From contig JAHFKK010000001.1 in NCBI GenBank assembly GCA_023245335.1, positions 491,282 through 555,281 on the forward strand: DNA of 64,000 nt. The letters run 5' to 3'. Under the pieces are notes generated by a model. The model searched no databases. It was not told the origin of the DNA and worked only from the letters and a program-made list of their open reading frames with translations. This stretch comes from Candidatus Gottesmanbacteria bacterium (lineage in GTDB: Bacteria > Patescibacteriota > Microgenomatia > UBA10105 > UBA927). The translations under genes and the position numbers were made by a program. Position 1 is the first letter of the stretch. Each line of letters begins with the position of its first letter. This document shows, in pieces, positions 17,661 through 27,541 of the stretch.

Positions 17661-18464
17661 ATGAAAGAAACGGTGCGTTCCAACAACGAAATCAGGGAAA
17701 AACCCCTATATAACAAATTCAGCATCATCGTGCTGGGCGATGCGTGTTCAGGCAAGACCACGCTCCTGGATCATCTGCGCGGCGCGGGATATTCCGTGCG
17801 GCCGGAGCCGGAGAACCCCATGTTTTCACTGTTCCTCAAAAATACCAAGCAATATGCGTATCACAATCAGCTCTATAAAACGGCTCAGCTCATGGAACAG
17901 GAATTGCAGGCCGCGGAATCCACGACGGAGACAGAGACCCGGTTTAATGAATCCGGCGTGATCGCGACAGACATCTATAACCGGTATCTCCGGGATCACG
18001 ATCTCATGACGCCTGATCAATTCGAGCACCTGAACGGCGTGTATACTCACTACCTCGACACCATGCCCAAACCGGATCTTGTCGTATATTTATTTGCCGA
18101 TGACGATACGATACGGCAAAGAGCGATTATGCGTGATGGGTTGGTCGCACACGATCCAAAGCAACTGCAGCCCTATTGGGATCGTCTTCTGAAAGATCTC
18201 GAAAGCCGCGGTATGCCGGTGTATCGTGTCGATACCGGTGCACATCCGGTCGGAGAGACCGCAGGCATGATTCTCCAGCAAGCAGAACGCCTCAAAGATC
18301 CGAAAAAGGTACGGCAAACCGTGCGGGAAACGACTTCACAAAAGCCGCAGGAAAATCAACCGGAAAAGCCGCAGGATAATTCCGAAGATACCGAGTCCGG
18401 GGTCTTAGAGGTGGAAGCCCTCTATATAACCGCAAAACTGCACGCAGATCCTAAAGACCGCTGA
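17661..18464 (+). CDS. Deoxynucleoside kinase (dNK/dCK/dGK family)
   Basis: P-loop 'IVLGDACSGKTTLL', ERS-like 'FNESGV', 'DLVVYL...DDDTIRQR' lid. Confidence 0.7.
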   Translation: MKETVRSNNEIREKPLYNKFSIIVLGDACSGKTTLLDHLRGAGYSVRPEPENPMFSLFLKNTKQYAYHNQLYKTAQLMEQELQAAESTTETETRFNESGVIATDIYNRYLRDHDLMTPDQFEHLNGVYTHYLDTMPKPDLVVYLFADDDTIRQRAIMRDGLVAHDPKQLQPYWDRLLKDLESRGMPVYRVDTGAHPVGETAGMILQQAERLKDPKKVRQTVRETTSQKPQENQPEKPQDNSEDTESGVLEVEALYITAKLHADPKDR

Positions 18465-20049
18465 CGCCGATTTCCTCTAAATCGGGCGGGATCAATTTAC
18501 GTTTCTCACTCCCCACAGCAATCCATTGGATGAGTACCCGTTTCAGGTCAGCGGCGATCTTGGGATACTTCGCGATCACGTTTTTTTGCTCAAGCGGCGT
18601 ATCGGTGAGGTGATACAGTTCGAATTCGGGTATCGGCGTTTTGTCGCCGGACAAGCGTCGCCACCACGAATATTTTTCCTGGGCAGTACGGCTTTCCCGA
18701 TATATGAGTTTCCATTCGGTGGTACGTACCGCGACATCGCGGAAGTGCTGGTTCGCATCAGCCTGCAGGAAATCTATGAGCCACTTTTCCGTCGGGCTTC
18801 CGGAATCGAACATGAGCGTTTCCATAAGCGGCGTACGTTCGATAAATGCATATTTCCTAAACCAATCCGGTATCCCGCTTTTCGTGCCGAGATATGACCA
18901 GAAGCTTTTGCCGTCGAGCTTGCCCTGCGGACGAAGACCCACGGCATCGAGGAGTGTCGGAAGGATATCAACGGTCGAAACTAGTTGCGATACCCGCGAT
19001 AGCGCAACACCCGGGATCTTCATAAGAAGCGGCGTATGAATTTCCGGCTCGAATATATCATAGTGAGCGAGATACCCGTGCTCGCCGAATTCCTCCCCGT
19101 GCTCGGTCGTGAATATGATGATGGTATTTTTATCCAAACCCTTATCCTTGATCGTTTGAAATACTTTACCCAGGAATTGGTCGGTGAGGTATATGCCGTC
19201 GTCATACCGGTCGATCACGAACTGGACGTCCGCGGACGTAAGCGGGACGGGCGATGATCCGTCCAACGGATACATTTCGTTTCTATATACGCGCTTGAAT
19301 TGCGAGGGGAGCTGCCAGTGCAGGGTGTCGTTCCTAAGCATCCCCTGGTAGTTGGTGTCGGCGAAATGAAACGGCTTATTATCGTTGTACGGCCAGTGGA
19401 CCGTGCCGATCGGCACCCACAGGAAAAACTTTTGTTTCGGTGCATCATTCAGCCAGTCGACGACGCCTGCCGGTACGCCGCGTTCCTGCTGGGGCCACCG
19501 GTATGCGCTTATCGCTTGGGCGGAGGGCGCGGTAGGCTTAATCTGGTTTTCGAAATACTCATCGAAAAACTGATCAAATCCGCGCTGAAAATTTTCCCGC
19601 CGTTGCTGCCACCCCGACACTCCGGCTTCATAATATTCGGGAGCGGATCCGTAGGCCGCCGTCGCGTACCCTGCTTTTTTCAGGATCTCCGGCAATGTGG
19701 GGACGTCTTCCGGTAAATGCGAGCTGAAGCTTACGACACCGCTATTAGACGGATACAGTCCTGTCTGGATGCTGGTCTGGGTGACGGGCGTGAGATCTGA
19801 TGTCGTGATGTATTGGTTAAATGCAGTCGCAGTTTTGGCCCAGGCGTCCAGGTTTGGGGAAGTATTCCGTTGGTACCCGTATAACCCCAGGTGCGTCGTG
19901 TCGACACTGTCGACCGTGATGAGGATGATGTTGCAGTCCCGGCAGATTTTGTTCTGGTTGGCCCGCTTTCTGACAAAAAATATACCAGCGCCTATGACGG
20001 CAAGTACACTGATGACGACAAAAATGATAGCGATACGGGATTTAACCAT
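18451..20049 (-). CDS. Alkaline-phosphatase-superfamily protein (sulfatase / type-I phosphodiesterase-like), membrane-anchored, no formylglycine motif
   Basis: 'CNIILITVDSVDTTHLGLYGY', 'SIQTGLYP'; TM anchor 'IAIIFVVISVLAVIGAGIFFV'; start at Met 20049. Confidence 0.65.
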   Translation of the reverse strand: MVKSRIAIIFVVISVLAVIGAGIFFVRKRANQNKICRDCNIILITVDSVDTTHLGLYGYQRNTSPNLDAWAKTATAFNQYITTSDLTPVTQTSIQTGLYPSNSGVVSFSSHLPEDVPTLPEILKKAGYATAAYGSAPEYYEAGVSGWQQRRENFQRGFDQFFDEYFENQIKPTAPSAQAISAYRWPQQERGVPAGVVDWLNDAPKQKFFLWVPIGTVHWPYNDNKPFHFADTNYQGMLRNDTLHWQLPSQFKRVYRNEMYPLDGSSPVPLTSADVQFVIDRYDDGIYLTDQFLGKVFQTIKDKGLDKNTIIIFTTEHGEEFGEHGYLAHYDIFEPEIHTPLLMKIPGVALSRVSQLVSTVDILPTLLDAVGLRPQGKLDGKSFWSYLGTKSGIPDWFRKYAFIERTPLMETLMFDSGSPTEKWLIDFLQADANQHFRDVAVRTTEWKLIYRESRTAQEKYSWWRRLSGDKTPIPEFELYHLTDTPLEQKNVIAKYPKIAADLKRVLIQWIAVGSEKRKLIPPDLEEIGVSGL

Positions 20050-20050
20050 G

Positions 20051-21508
20051 TCACCTCGGACAGTATGGTCCGCACGATGCCGGGATATCTGCGCCGAGTT
20101 TCTGGAAGACCTGGAGCGCGTCCTTGCGGTCGGCGACCGTGAGGTCATACCATTTGTCTATGAGGTTTTGCGTCTCTTCCGGATCCTTGTCCACGCGGTA
20201 GAGTTCGAGCGTCCCGTCTGCATTTTTTATGAGGTGCCAGTGATCGCTTCGTGCCGAATACCACACGTCTTTGGGTTTGTCTCCGACTGCCCGAACCAGG
20301 GGCGGAGGAGCATCCTTCATGGATTCCCATACGCTCGGGGATTTGCCGAGTAACGCTTTCAGCATGCCAGCATTTTGTGCGTCGGTGAATGCATGCATGG
20401 TGAGCGCGACTGTTCCCTTCGCATCCTTCGTCGTGAGAAACGGTACGAGGGAGGCGGCGGTAAATTCGGTATCCGGTTTGAGACCCACGAGATCCCGGAT
20501 GGTCGAGGGGATAGACCGAAGTTCGACGACGGGCGATATCCGTCGCGGCTTCTGGCCCGGTACGTATACGATGAGCGGCACATGGATTTGCTGTTCGTAG
20601 ACGCCGAACCACCCGACGATGCCGTGTTCTCCGAATTGCTCGCTATGATCGCCTTCGAATATGACGATCGTATTTTTCATGAGGCCTTCCTTATCGAGCG
20701 TCGCGATAAAGTTTTTGACGACTTTATCCAGTTCAAGCACTGTGCCGTCATAGTAATCCTTCATGATGTTGGCGTCTTCCTGCGTAATCCCGGTCGTATC
20801 GAGGTGCGGCCCCACGATATCGCGCTCATCCATGATTTTGAGAGGCGGAGTGACACCGAGTTCCTCTAGTACCGCTTCACTTGCCGGCGTGTGCGGTGAA
20901 TGCAGATGATTGGTGTTTATAAAAAGGAAAAACGGCTGTTTTTTATTTGCCTTGATCCAGTCGCTCGCAAGGCCAAAGGTCGTCGCGGCGTCATTATTGG
21001 TTACCGTATCGATAAACCACCGTTCATCAAATCCATCGAATCCCTGGCCCCATCCGTATTGGGGCTGGATAAGGATTGCCGCGGACACCGCATGCGTCAC
21101 GTACCCGCTCGCCTTGAGGGACTCCGCAAGCGTATGGGCTTCCGGCGGCAGTTTATCGGTCGTACCGTACATCCGGTTTTCCGCAGGATACCGACCTGTC
21201 AGGATGGATGTGTGGGATGTCGGGGTAAATGACCCTTGGGCGATTGCCGTATCGAAGACCGTGCTTCTGTCGCGGCCGAAGCTATCGAGGAACGGAGTGG
21301 TAGGACGGTTATATCCATAGAGCCCCATATGCTTGGCGCCCAGGGTATCGAGCGTGACGACGATGATATTGCATTTGGGACAGAGTGCTTTGGAAAAAAG
21401 AACGGTGGGATCAAGCGTATTGGAACGGAGGACAAAAATTAATCCTCCCAATATAAGAAGGCCTACAACAACGAATAATAATTTCAGTCGTCCGAACCCG
21501 CGTGTCAT
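20051..21508 (-). CDS. Alkaline-phosphatase-superfamily protein, tandem paralog of the upstream gene
   Basis: 'CNIIVVTLDTLGAKHMGLYGY', 'FTPTSHTSILTGRYP' (Cys/Ser-x-P-x-R replaced); N-terminal TM anchor. Confidence 0.65.
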   Translation of the reverse strand: MTRGFGRLKLLFVVVGLLILGGLIFVLRSNTLDPTVLFSKALCPKCNIIVVTLDTLGAKHMGLYGYNRPTTPFLDSFGRDRSTVFDTAIAQGSFTPTSHTSILTGRYPAENRMYGTTDKLPPEAHTLAESLKASGYVTHAVSAAILIQPQYGWGQGFDGFDERWFIDTVTNNDAATTFGLASDWIKANKKQPFFLFINTNHLHSPHTPASEAVLEELGVTPPLKIMDERDIVGPHLDTTGITQEDANIMKDYYDGTVLELDKVVKNFIATLDKEGLMKNTIVIFEGDHSEQFGEHGIVGWFGVYEQQIHVPLIVYVPGQKPRRISPVVELRSIPSTIRDLVGLKPDTEFTAASLVPFLTTKDAKGTVALTMHAFTDAQNAGMLKALLGKSPSVWESMKDAPPPLVRAVGDKPKDVWYSARSDHWHLIKNADGTLELYRVDKDPEETQNLIDKWYDLTVADRKDALQVFQKLGADIPASCGPYCPR

Positions 21509-21542
21509 GCAGAAGACATATTACCACATAAAATATTATTTG

Positions 21543-22820
21543 CTAGTGTTCTATTTTTTCCATTTGCGCCTTGTGATCTCTGATGACCGAGAGGGATATG
21601 AGTAATAATATAAGGGAGGCAGAGACGAGTAGCGCCTCCGACGCATAGGGCAGGCCGCGCCAGTAGCGGTAAATCCACGCGGCGAAAAACGGTCCCACAA
21701 TTCGGGCTATAGACTGCATACCCTGGTTAGCTCCCTGGACCCGTCCCTGCATCTCCCGTCCGGCAGACGTCGAGATGAGGCTTGCCTCCGTGGGCTCAAA
21801 CAATCCGTCACCGATATTGAGGATGATAAGTCCTGTGATTACTAACGCAGGTGAGATGATGATTGCAGCCGTGGCGGCGATCACAAACCCCACGATAGTG
21901 AGGATAAGTCCCATGGTAGCCACTGTCGTATCACCGAATTTCGGCAGTAATTTCCGTATGAGAAATCCCTGACTAAAGACGTCGATGATGCCGATGACAA
22001 AGAGGAATATGCCGATCTGCGTGACTCCCCAGCCATAGACGTCTTTCAGGAATATGGAATTATTGCCATACATGGCATTCATAGCCAGGAAGAAGATAAA
22101 TCCGGCGGTAAAAAGCCGCGCTAGGATTTTCGTCGTGAATATGTGGTGAAACTGCCGAAACGGGTCGAGGTGGGTGAGGTCGAGTTTCGCGGTGCGGTGT
22201 TCGTGTGCCAAGCTTTCCGGCAGGATGAAATATCCAAACAGCATGTCGACAAGCGTGATGCCAGCCGCAATAAATAGCGGGGCCGAAAGGTGTATGGCTC
22301 CCAGAAACCCGCCGATCGCTGGACCAAACATCATGCCGAATCCGGCAGCGGCCCCCAGCATGCCGAAATACTTGCCCCGGTCGCGGGGCTCGGTGATGTC
22401 CGCCATATAGGCATAGATGGTGCTGATGTTGCCGCCGGTGAGCCCGTCAATGATTCTTCCCAGGAATAGTACCCACAGAGCTCCGCCAATGCCCAGGATG
22501 ATGTAACCGACGATCGATCCCAAGAGACTTATAAGTAATATCGGCTTCCTCCCGAACCGGTCGCTAAGCGCCCCCAGCCCCGGAGCGGAGAAAAACTGGC
22601 ACAGTGCGTAGACGGAAAGGAGCGATCCTACGTAGAGCGCGACCTCATTGGGGCTCGTGACATAGCGCTCGACCATAAAGGGGAGGATGGGGAAGAGGAT
22701 GCTGAATCCCAGGAAATTGAGGAACATAGTGACCAGGATGAACACCAGCCGCTCGTTTTCCTTGGTAAAGAATTTTTGTGACATAGATAACATTGTACGG
22801 AAATAGTCAGCTTCGCTCAA
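21543..22820 (-). CDS. MFS transporter (12 TM, DHA1-like)
   Basis: MFS motif A 'GALSDRFGRKPILLISL' plus a second-half motif. Confidence 0.85.
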   Translation of the reverse strand: MSEADYFRTMLSMSQKFFTKENERLVFILVTMFLNFLGFSILFPILPFMVERYVTSPNEVALYVGSLLSVYALCQFFSAPGLGALSDRFGRKPILLISLLGSIVGYIILGIGGALWVLFLGRIIDGLTGGNISTIYAYMADITEPRDRGKYFGMLGAAAGFGMMFGPAIGGFLGAIHLSAPLFIAAGITLVDMLFGYFILPESLAHEHRTAKLDLTHLDPFRQFHHIFTTKILARLFTAGFIFFLAMNAMYGNNSIFLKDVYGWGVTQIGIFLFVIGIIDVFSQGFLIRKLLPKFGDTTVATMGLILTIVGFVIAATAAIIISPALVITGLIILNIGDGLFEPTEASLISTSAGREMQGRVQGANQGMQSIARIVGPFFAAWIYRYWRGLPYASEALLVSASLILLLISLSVIRDHKAQMEKIEH

Positions 22821-22869
22821 TGGCTAAACCCAAGCGACTTAGAGTATAATATGAGGGTATTTCCCTAAT

Positions 22870-22940
22870 TGCGGGATCGTATAATGGTAGTACAGCAGAC
22901 TCTGAATCTGCTTATCTTGGTCCGAGTCCAAGTCCCGCAG
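22870..22940 (+). tRNA. tRNA-Gln (anticodon CUG), 3' CCA not encoded
   Basis: Hand-folded cloverleaf: acceptor TGCGGGA/TCCCGCA, D-stem GTAT/GTAC with loop AATGGTA, anticodon stem GCAGA/TCTGC with loop CTCTGAA, T-stem CTTGG/CCAAG with loop TCCGAGT (C at position 55). Confidence 0.7.
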
Positions 22941-23034
22941 CAAATAGAGACTATAACCCGAAAGCCAGTATCCAGAGTTAAAACGACGAAACGGGTCTAG
23001 AATGAGATACTAAACAAAGTGATAATTTACCAAA

Positions 23035-23328
23035 ATGAAAATATCTCTTATAAAAAAACCTGGCGCATGGATCCCGATTGTTCTTTCATTTATTATGTTG
23101 ATAGTTTTAGGCATGTACCTCACTGGGGTTCTTCCCCCTGATCCCACGGGCGATGAGGGTTTAGGGGCACATCTTTTTCAGATTTGGCTGGTCCTGGAAG
23201 CACTAATGATTCTGTTTTTTGCAGTGAAATGGTTTTCTAAATCGCCAAAACAAGCGTTTCTTATTCTTATAACCCAAATCGCTCTCGTACTTGCTGTCTG
23301 TGCTCCCGTTTTTTACTTTAACTGGTAA
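23035..23328 (+). CDS. Small 3-TM membrane protein, hypothetical
   Basis: Three hydrophobic helices; AT-rich context after the tRNA. Confidence 0.45.
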   Translation: MKISLIKKPGAWIPIVLSFIMLIVLGMYLTGVLPPDPTGDEGLGAHLFQIWLVLEALMILFFAVKWFSKSPKQAFLILITQIALVLAVCAPVFYFNW

Positions 23329-23427
23329 TCTACCAACAGTTCAGTTAGAAGGATAATTTAGATCTAGATTGGAATACTCAACACAAAATTTACACCAAAA
23401 ATTAGTCCTGAAATCGGCTATACTTTT

Positions 23428-23784
23428 ATGACCGTAATTGACGATTATCTGAAAAAGATTGACCCGGCAAAACGAAAACAGCTCGAGCGGATTCGAAAAA
23501 TCGCCATGCAAGTTGTTCCGGATGCACAAGAGGTTATTTCTTATGGCATGCCGACGCTACAATATAAAAGGAAATCTTTTTTGGGGTTTAACGCGCATGT
23601 GAATCATATCGGCATCTATCCGTACGGTGGCGAGGAGATAGAAGTATTTAAAGATAGGCTCGTTTCGTATGGCTGTTCTTTGGGAGCAATCCGTGTGCCT
23701 TTCGACAAGCCATTTCCAAAGAGTTTGCTCAAAGAAATCGTTAAACACCGCATAGAACGAGTCGTAGATCTAAAGGCAGGATAA
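23428..23784 (+). CDS. DUF1801 (YdhG/YdeI-like) domain protein
   Basis: 'DYLKKIDPAKRKQLERIRKI...SYGMPTLQYKRKSFLGF...HIGIYPYG' fits the DUF1801 pattern. Confidence 0.5.
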   Translation: MTVIDDYLKKIDPAKRKQLERIRKIAMQVVPDAQEVISYGMPTLQYKRKSFLGFNAHVNHIGIYPYGGEEIEVFKDRLVSYGCSLGAIRVPFDKPFPKSLLKEIVKHRIERVVDLKAG

Positions 23785-23785
23785 T

Positions 23786-25747
23786 CTACCCAGTTTCTTC
23801 CGTCATCACGTGTCCCTTGAACTGACTGTTGTAGAGGTCGGCGTAGAAGCCGTTTTGGGCGAGGAGTCCCTTGTGGGTGCCTTTCTCTATGATCGTCCCG
23901 TGATTCATGACGAGGATGAGGTCTGCATCGCGGATCGTAGAGAGACGGTGGGCGATGACGAAGCTTGTCCTGCCTTTCATGAGTTTGCCCATCGCTTCCT
24001 GGATGAGTAGTTCCGTCCTGGTATCGACGCTGCTGGTTGCTTCGTCCAGAATAAGTATTTCCGGGTCAGCGAGAAATGCCCGCGCTATCGTCAGGAGTTG
24101 TTTCTGCCCCTGGGATATGTTGGTCGCATCTTCATTGAGTACCATGTTATATCCATCCGGCATTGTCCGGATGAAGTGGTCGGCATAGGCTTCCTTGGAG
24201 GCCAGCACGAGTTCTTCTTCTGTGGCGTCTTCCCGGCCGTAGGCGATGTTTGCGCGCAGTGTGCCGTGGAAAAGCCAGGTATCCTGCAGTACCATGCCGA
24301 ACATTTTTCGCAGGTCTTTGCGCCTAAGACGGGTGATGTCCACTCCGTCTACGAGGATCGCTCCGCCATTCACTTCGTAGAAGCGCATAAGGAGGTTCAC
24401 GAGCGTCGTCTTGCCGGCGCCGGTTGGGCCTACGATGGCGATCATGTGTCCGGGTTCTACCTTGAAGTTCATGTCCTCCATGAGGATCTTATCTTTGCTG
24501 TAGCCAAACCGGACATGCCGGAATTCTACAGATCCCTTAGGGGTTTTTATAATCGCCGGCTTTGTCGTCTCCGGAACCTGTTCCTCTTCGTCCAAAAGTT
24601 CAAAGATCCGTTCGGCAGAAGCGATAGAGGACTGGATGACGTTTGCGATGTTCGCGAGCTGTGTGATCGGCTGGCTAAATGAGGATGAGTATTGGATGAA
24701 TGCCTGCACGTCGCCTATGGAGATCGAGCCCTTGGTCGCCATGACGCCGCCGACTACGGCTACCAGGACGTACCCGACGTTTCCGACAAACCGCATGAGC
24801 GGCAACAGGATGCCGGAGACAAACTGCGCTTTCCAGCCGGAATCATAGAGGCTATCATTGAGGACATCAAATCGAGCAGTCGCCTCATCTTCGTGTCCGA
24901 ACGCTTTCACGATTTTGTGGCCCGAATACATTTCTTCTACGTGGCCGTTGAGATCTCCCAGAGAGCGCTGCTGACCGCGGAAGAAATCCTGTGACCGTTT
25001 CGCGATGCCGGTCACGATAAATATGCTTAATGGAAGGGTCGCGAGTACGATAAGCGTGAGTACCCAGCTTATCGAAAGCATCATGACAAGGACGCCGATG
25101 AGTGTCACGACAGAGGTGATAAGCTGTGTCACGTTTTGCTGAAGTGTACTTCCGATGTTGTCCATGTCGTTCACGGCGCGGCTAAGTATTTCTCCGTGGG
25201 TACGCCCGTCAAAATATTTAAGCGGCAGGCGCGAAAGTTTATGATCCACATCCTTACGGAGTTTATAGACCGTTCTCTGGGCGACCCCTGCCATGAGATA
25301 TTGCTGGATATATATAAATAATGAACTTAGGACATAGAGCGCGATGAGGATAAGCATGATCCTGCCTATATACCCGAATTCTATGCCGGGGACCGGTGAG
25401 GTAGAGAGGGGGAGTCCGGGATGGAGAGCCAGTTGCTGGAGTATGACGTGATTTTTCACTTGCACGACGAAGCTTGCTATGAGATTGTCAAAAAGTCTGG
25501 TGGTCGCAAGCCCCAGTATTTTCGGCCCGACGATATTAAATATCGATCCTACTACTGCGGCCCCGACGACGACGGAAAGCAGTACCTTTTCCGGTTTGAA
25601 ATAGGATAGAAGCCTTCTTAGCGTGCCGCCGAAGTCTTTTGCCTTCTCGACGGGCATGCCCATAGCACCCCAGCCCCCGCGGTTCATAGGGTTGCCGCCC
25701 ATCCCGACTTGGGTTGTCCGTGATTTGGTGGTAGGTTTGTCGCTCAT
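23786..25747 (-). CDS. ABC exporter, fused permease/ATPase, subunit B of a heterodimer
   Basis: 6-TM domain then Walker A 'GPTGAGKTT', signature 'ISQGQKQLL', Walker B 'ILILDEAT'. Start set at Met 25747 (MSDKPTT), 1 nt after the upstream stop. Confidence 0.85.
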   Translation of the reverse strand: MSDKPTTKSRTTQVGMGGNPMNRGGWGAMGMPVEKAKDFGGTLRRLLSYFKPEKVLLSVVVGAAVVGSIFNIVGPKILGLATTRLFDNLIASFVVQVKNHVILQQLALHPGLPLSTSPVPGIEFGYIGRIMLILIALYVLSSLFIYIQQYLMAGVAQRTVYKLRKDVDHKLSRLPLKYFDGRTHGEILSRAVNDMDNIGSTLQQNVTQLITSVVTLIGVLVMMLSISWVLTLIVLATLPLSIFIVTGIAKRSQDFFRGQQRSLGDLNGHVEEMYSGHKIVKAFGHEDEATARFDVLNDSLYDSGWKAQFVSGILLPLMRFVGNVGYVLVAVVGGVMATKGSISIGDVQAFIQYSSSFSQPITQLANIANVIQSSIASAERIFELLDEEEQVPETTKPAIIKTPKGSVEFRHVRFGYSKDKILMEDMNFKVEPGHMIAIVGPTGAGKTTLVNLLMRFYEVNGGAILVDGVDITRLRRKDLRKMFGMVLQDTWLFHGTLRANIAYGREDATEEELVLASKEAYADHFIRTMPDGYNMVLNEDATNISQGQKQLLTIARAFLADPEILILDEATSSVDTRTELLIQEAMGKLMKGRTSFVIAHRLSTIRDADLILVMNHGTIIEKGTHKGLLAQNGFYADLYNSQFKGHVMTEETG

Positions 25748-27480
25748 GTTTCCTCCGCTATTTCCGCCGCCGAGAGCTGTGACGACACGATTCCGCGGTA
25801 GACCTCGCATGTTTTCATAAGTTCTTTGTGTGTGCCTATGCCTGCTATAGCTCCGTCCTCCAGGACGATAATCTGATCAGCTTCCATGACGGTGCTGACC
25901 CTTTGGGCGACGATAAGTACTGTGGCGTCGCGGGTTTCCCCTTTGAGGGCGGCACGCAGTCTCGCATCGGTTTTGAAGTCGAGAGCGGAGAACGTATCAT
26001 CGAACACGTAAATTTCCGGCTTCCTCACCAGGGCGCGGGCTATAGAGAGCCGTTGCATTTGTCCGCCGGAGACGTTCGTGCCGCCCTGGGCTATGGGAGA
26101 GTTAAACTTTTCCGGCATGGCATCGATAAATTCAGTCGCCTGAGCAACGAGTGCCGCGTGACGAATTTCTTTGTCTGTCGCATCCTCTTTGCCGTAGCGA
26201 ATGTTGTCATTAATTGTTCCGGCAAACAGTATCGCTTTTTGCGGCACGAAGCCGATCTTCCCACGTAGCTCACGCTGCGAAATTTCGCGAACGTCTACGC
26301 CGTCCACCAGGACCCGGCCTTTTTTTGTGTCATAGAAGCGGGGGATGAGGTTAACCAGAGTAGACTTTCCCGATCCGGTGCCGCCGATTATAGCTGTTAC
26401 CGCACCCGGATTCGCTTGAAACGAGATGTCCGTGAGTGCCGGCTTTTCCGCACCGTGATAGCTGAAGGTCACGTTCTCAAATTCCACATAGCCTTTTTTG
26501 CCGGTCGCTTTGCGGGCTTTTTTTGGATCGTCTATTTCGGGCTGCATATCCAATACCTGGTTAATCCGTTTGGCAGAGGCTTCCGCACGGGGGATCATGA
26601 CGAAAACGATCGCTACCATGAGAAGCGAAAAAAGTATCTGGAACGCATACTGTAAAAACGCAAACATAGACCCTATATCCAGGTGATGTCCGGTGACGCG
26701 GATGCTGCCGAACCATATGATCGCGACACTGGAGAGGTTTATGAGAAGCATCATCATCGGCATCATGGATGCCATGAGTTGGTTGACTTTGATCGCGACG
26801 CCCGTTACGTCGTGGTTTGCCGTATCGAAGCGTGCTTCTTCATGCTGTATGCGGTTAAACGCCCGTACCACACGGACCCCGGTCAGATTTTCATCGAGGA
26901 TAAGGTTCAGCTTATCCAGTTTCACCTGCATGACGGTAAAAAGAGGCACCGTCCGTATGAGAAGGACAGTGATGAACGTGACCAGTATCGGCATGATCGC
27001 GATGAGTACCCAAGAAAGCCCTACGTCCTGTTGCAGGGCAAGGATGACCCCGACAACCAGCGTAATCGGCGCGGTCAGCAGCATATTGAGTACCATCACC
27101 ATGACCTGCTGGATTTGCGTCGTATCGTTCGTCGTACGAGTGATCAAAGAGGAGGTGCTCACGGTATCAAATTCATGGAGAGAAAACTCCTGGACTTTGT
27201 TAAATATCTCCGCGCGGAGTGTCTTGGTCATGCCTACAGCAACCTGCGACGAAAAATAGATGCCGACGACCGCACACACGGTGCCGCCGATAGCAACCAA
27301 CGCCATAAGGACCCCCGTGGCCCAGATGAAGTTGGTGTCAAACGTCGCGATACCTTTGTTCACGATATCGGCCATGAGCGTGGGCAGGTACAAGTTCGCC
27401 ACGGACTGGCCAACCGCGAGGAGAATGATCGCGACGAGTAAAAGCTGGTAGGGCTTAAGGAGCCGTAATAACCTGATCAT
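25744..27480 (-). CDS. ABC exporter, fused permease/ATPase, subunit A
   Basis: Walker A 'GGTGSGKST', signature 'VSGGQMQRL', Walker B 'IYVFDDTFSALD'. Confidence 0.85.
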   Translation of the reverse strand: MIRLLRLLKPYQLLLVAIILLAVGQSVANLYLPTLMADIVNKGIATFDTNFIWATGVLMALVAIGGTVCAVVGIYFSSQVAVGMTKTLRAEIFNKVQEFSLHEFDTVSTSSLITRTTNDTTQIQQVMVMVLNMLLTAPITLVVGVILALQQDVGLSWVLIAIMPILVTFITVLLIRTVPLFTVMQVKLDKLNLILDENLTGVRVVRAFNRIQHEEARFDTANHDVTGVAIKVNQLMASMMPMMMLLINLSSVAIIWFGSIRVTGHHLDIGSMFAFLQYAFQILFSLLMVAIVFVMIPRAEASAKRINQVLDMQPEIDDPKKARKATGKKGYVEFENVTFSYHGAEKPALTDISFQANPGAVTAIIGGTGSGKSTLVNLIPRFYDTKKGRVLVDGVDVREISQRELRGKIGFVPQKAILFAGTINDNIRYGKEDATDKEIRHAALVAQATEFIDAMPEKFNSPIAQGGTNVSGGQMQRLSIARALVRKPEIYVFDDTFSALDFKTDARLRAALKGETRDATVLIVAQRVSTVMEADQIIVLEDGAIAGIGTHKELMKTCEVYRGIVSSQLSAAEIAEET

Positions 27481-27486
27481 ATTTCA

Positions 27487-27541
27487 TTGACAAATACCTA
27501 TCTATATATTATACTATAAAATAGTTTGATAGTCTAACTAT
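27487..27541 (+). promoter_or_regulatory. marR promoter with candidate MarR operator
   Basis: -35 TTGACA (27487-92), 17-nt spacer, -10 TATACT (27510-15); inverted repeat ATAGTT-N9-AACTAT at about 27520-27541 overlapping the predicted TSS. Confidence 0.5.

Noticed and set aside
22845-22850. TATAAT hexamer 19 nt upstream of tRNA-Gln as its promoter
   Set aside because: It is a plausible -10 but has no convincing -35 at 17±1 nt. This is too weak to list as a feature.
26683-27441. 252-aa His/Asp/Arg-rich ORF, along with several other 60-190-aa ORFs, antisense to the ABC exporter genes
   Set aside because: They are mirror-frame artefacts of GC-rich coding DNA, with highly biased low-complexity composition and no start context. 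The ABC exporter genes on the opposite strand have complete Walker/signature motifs.
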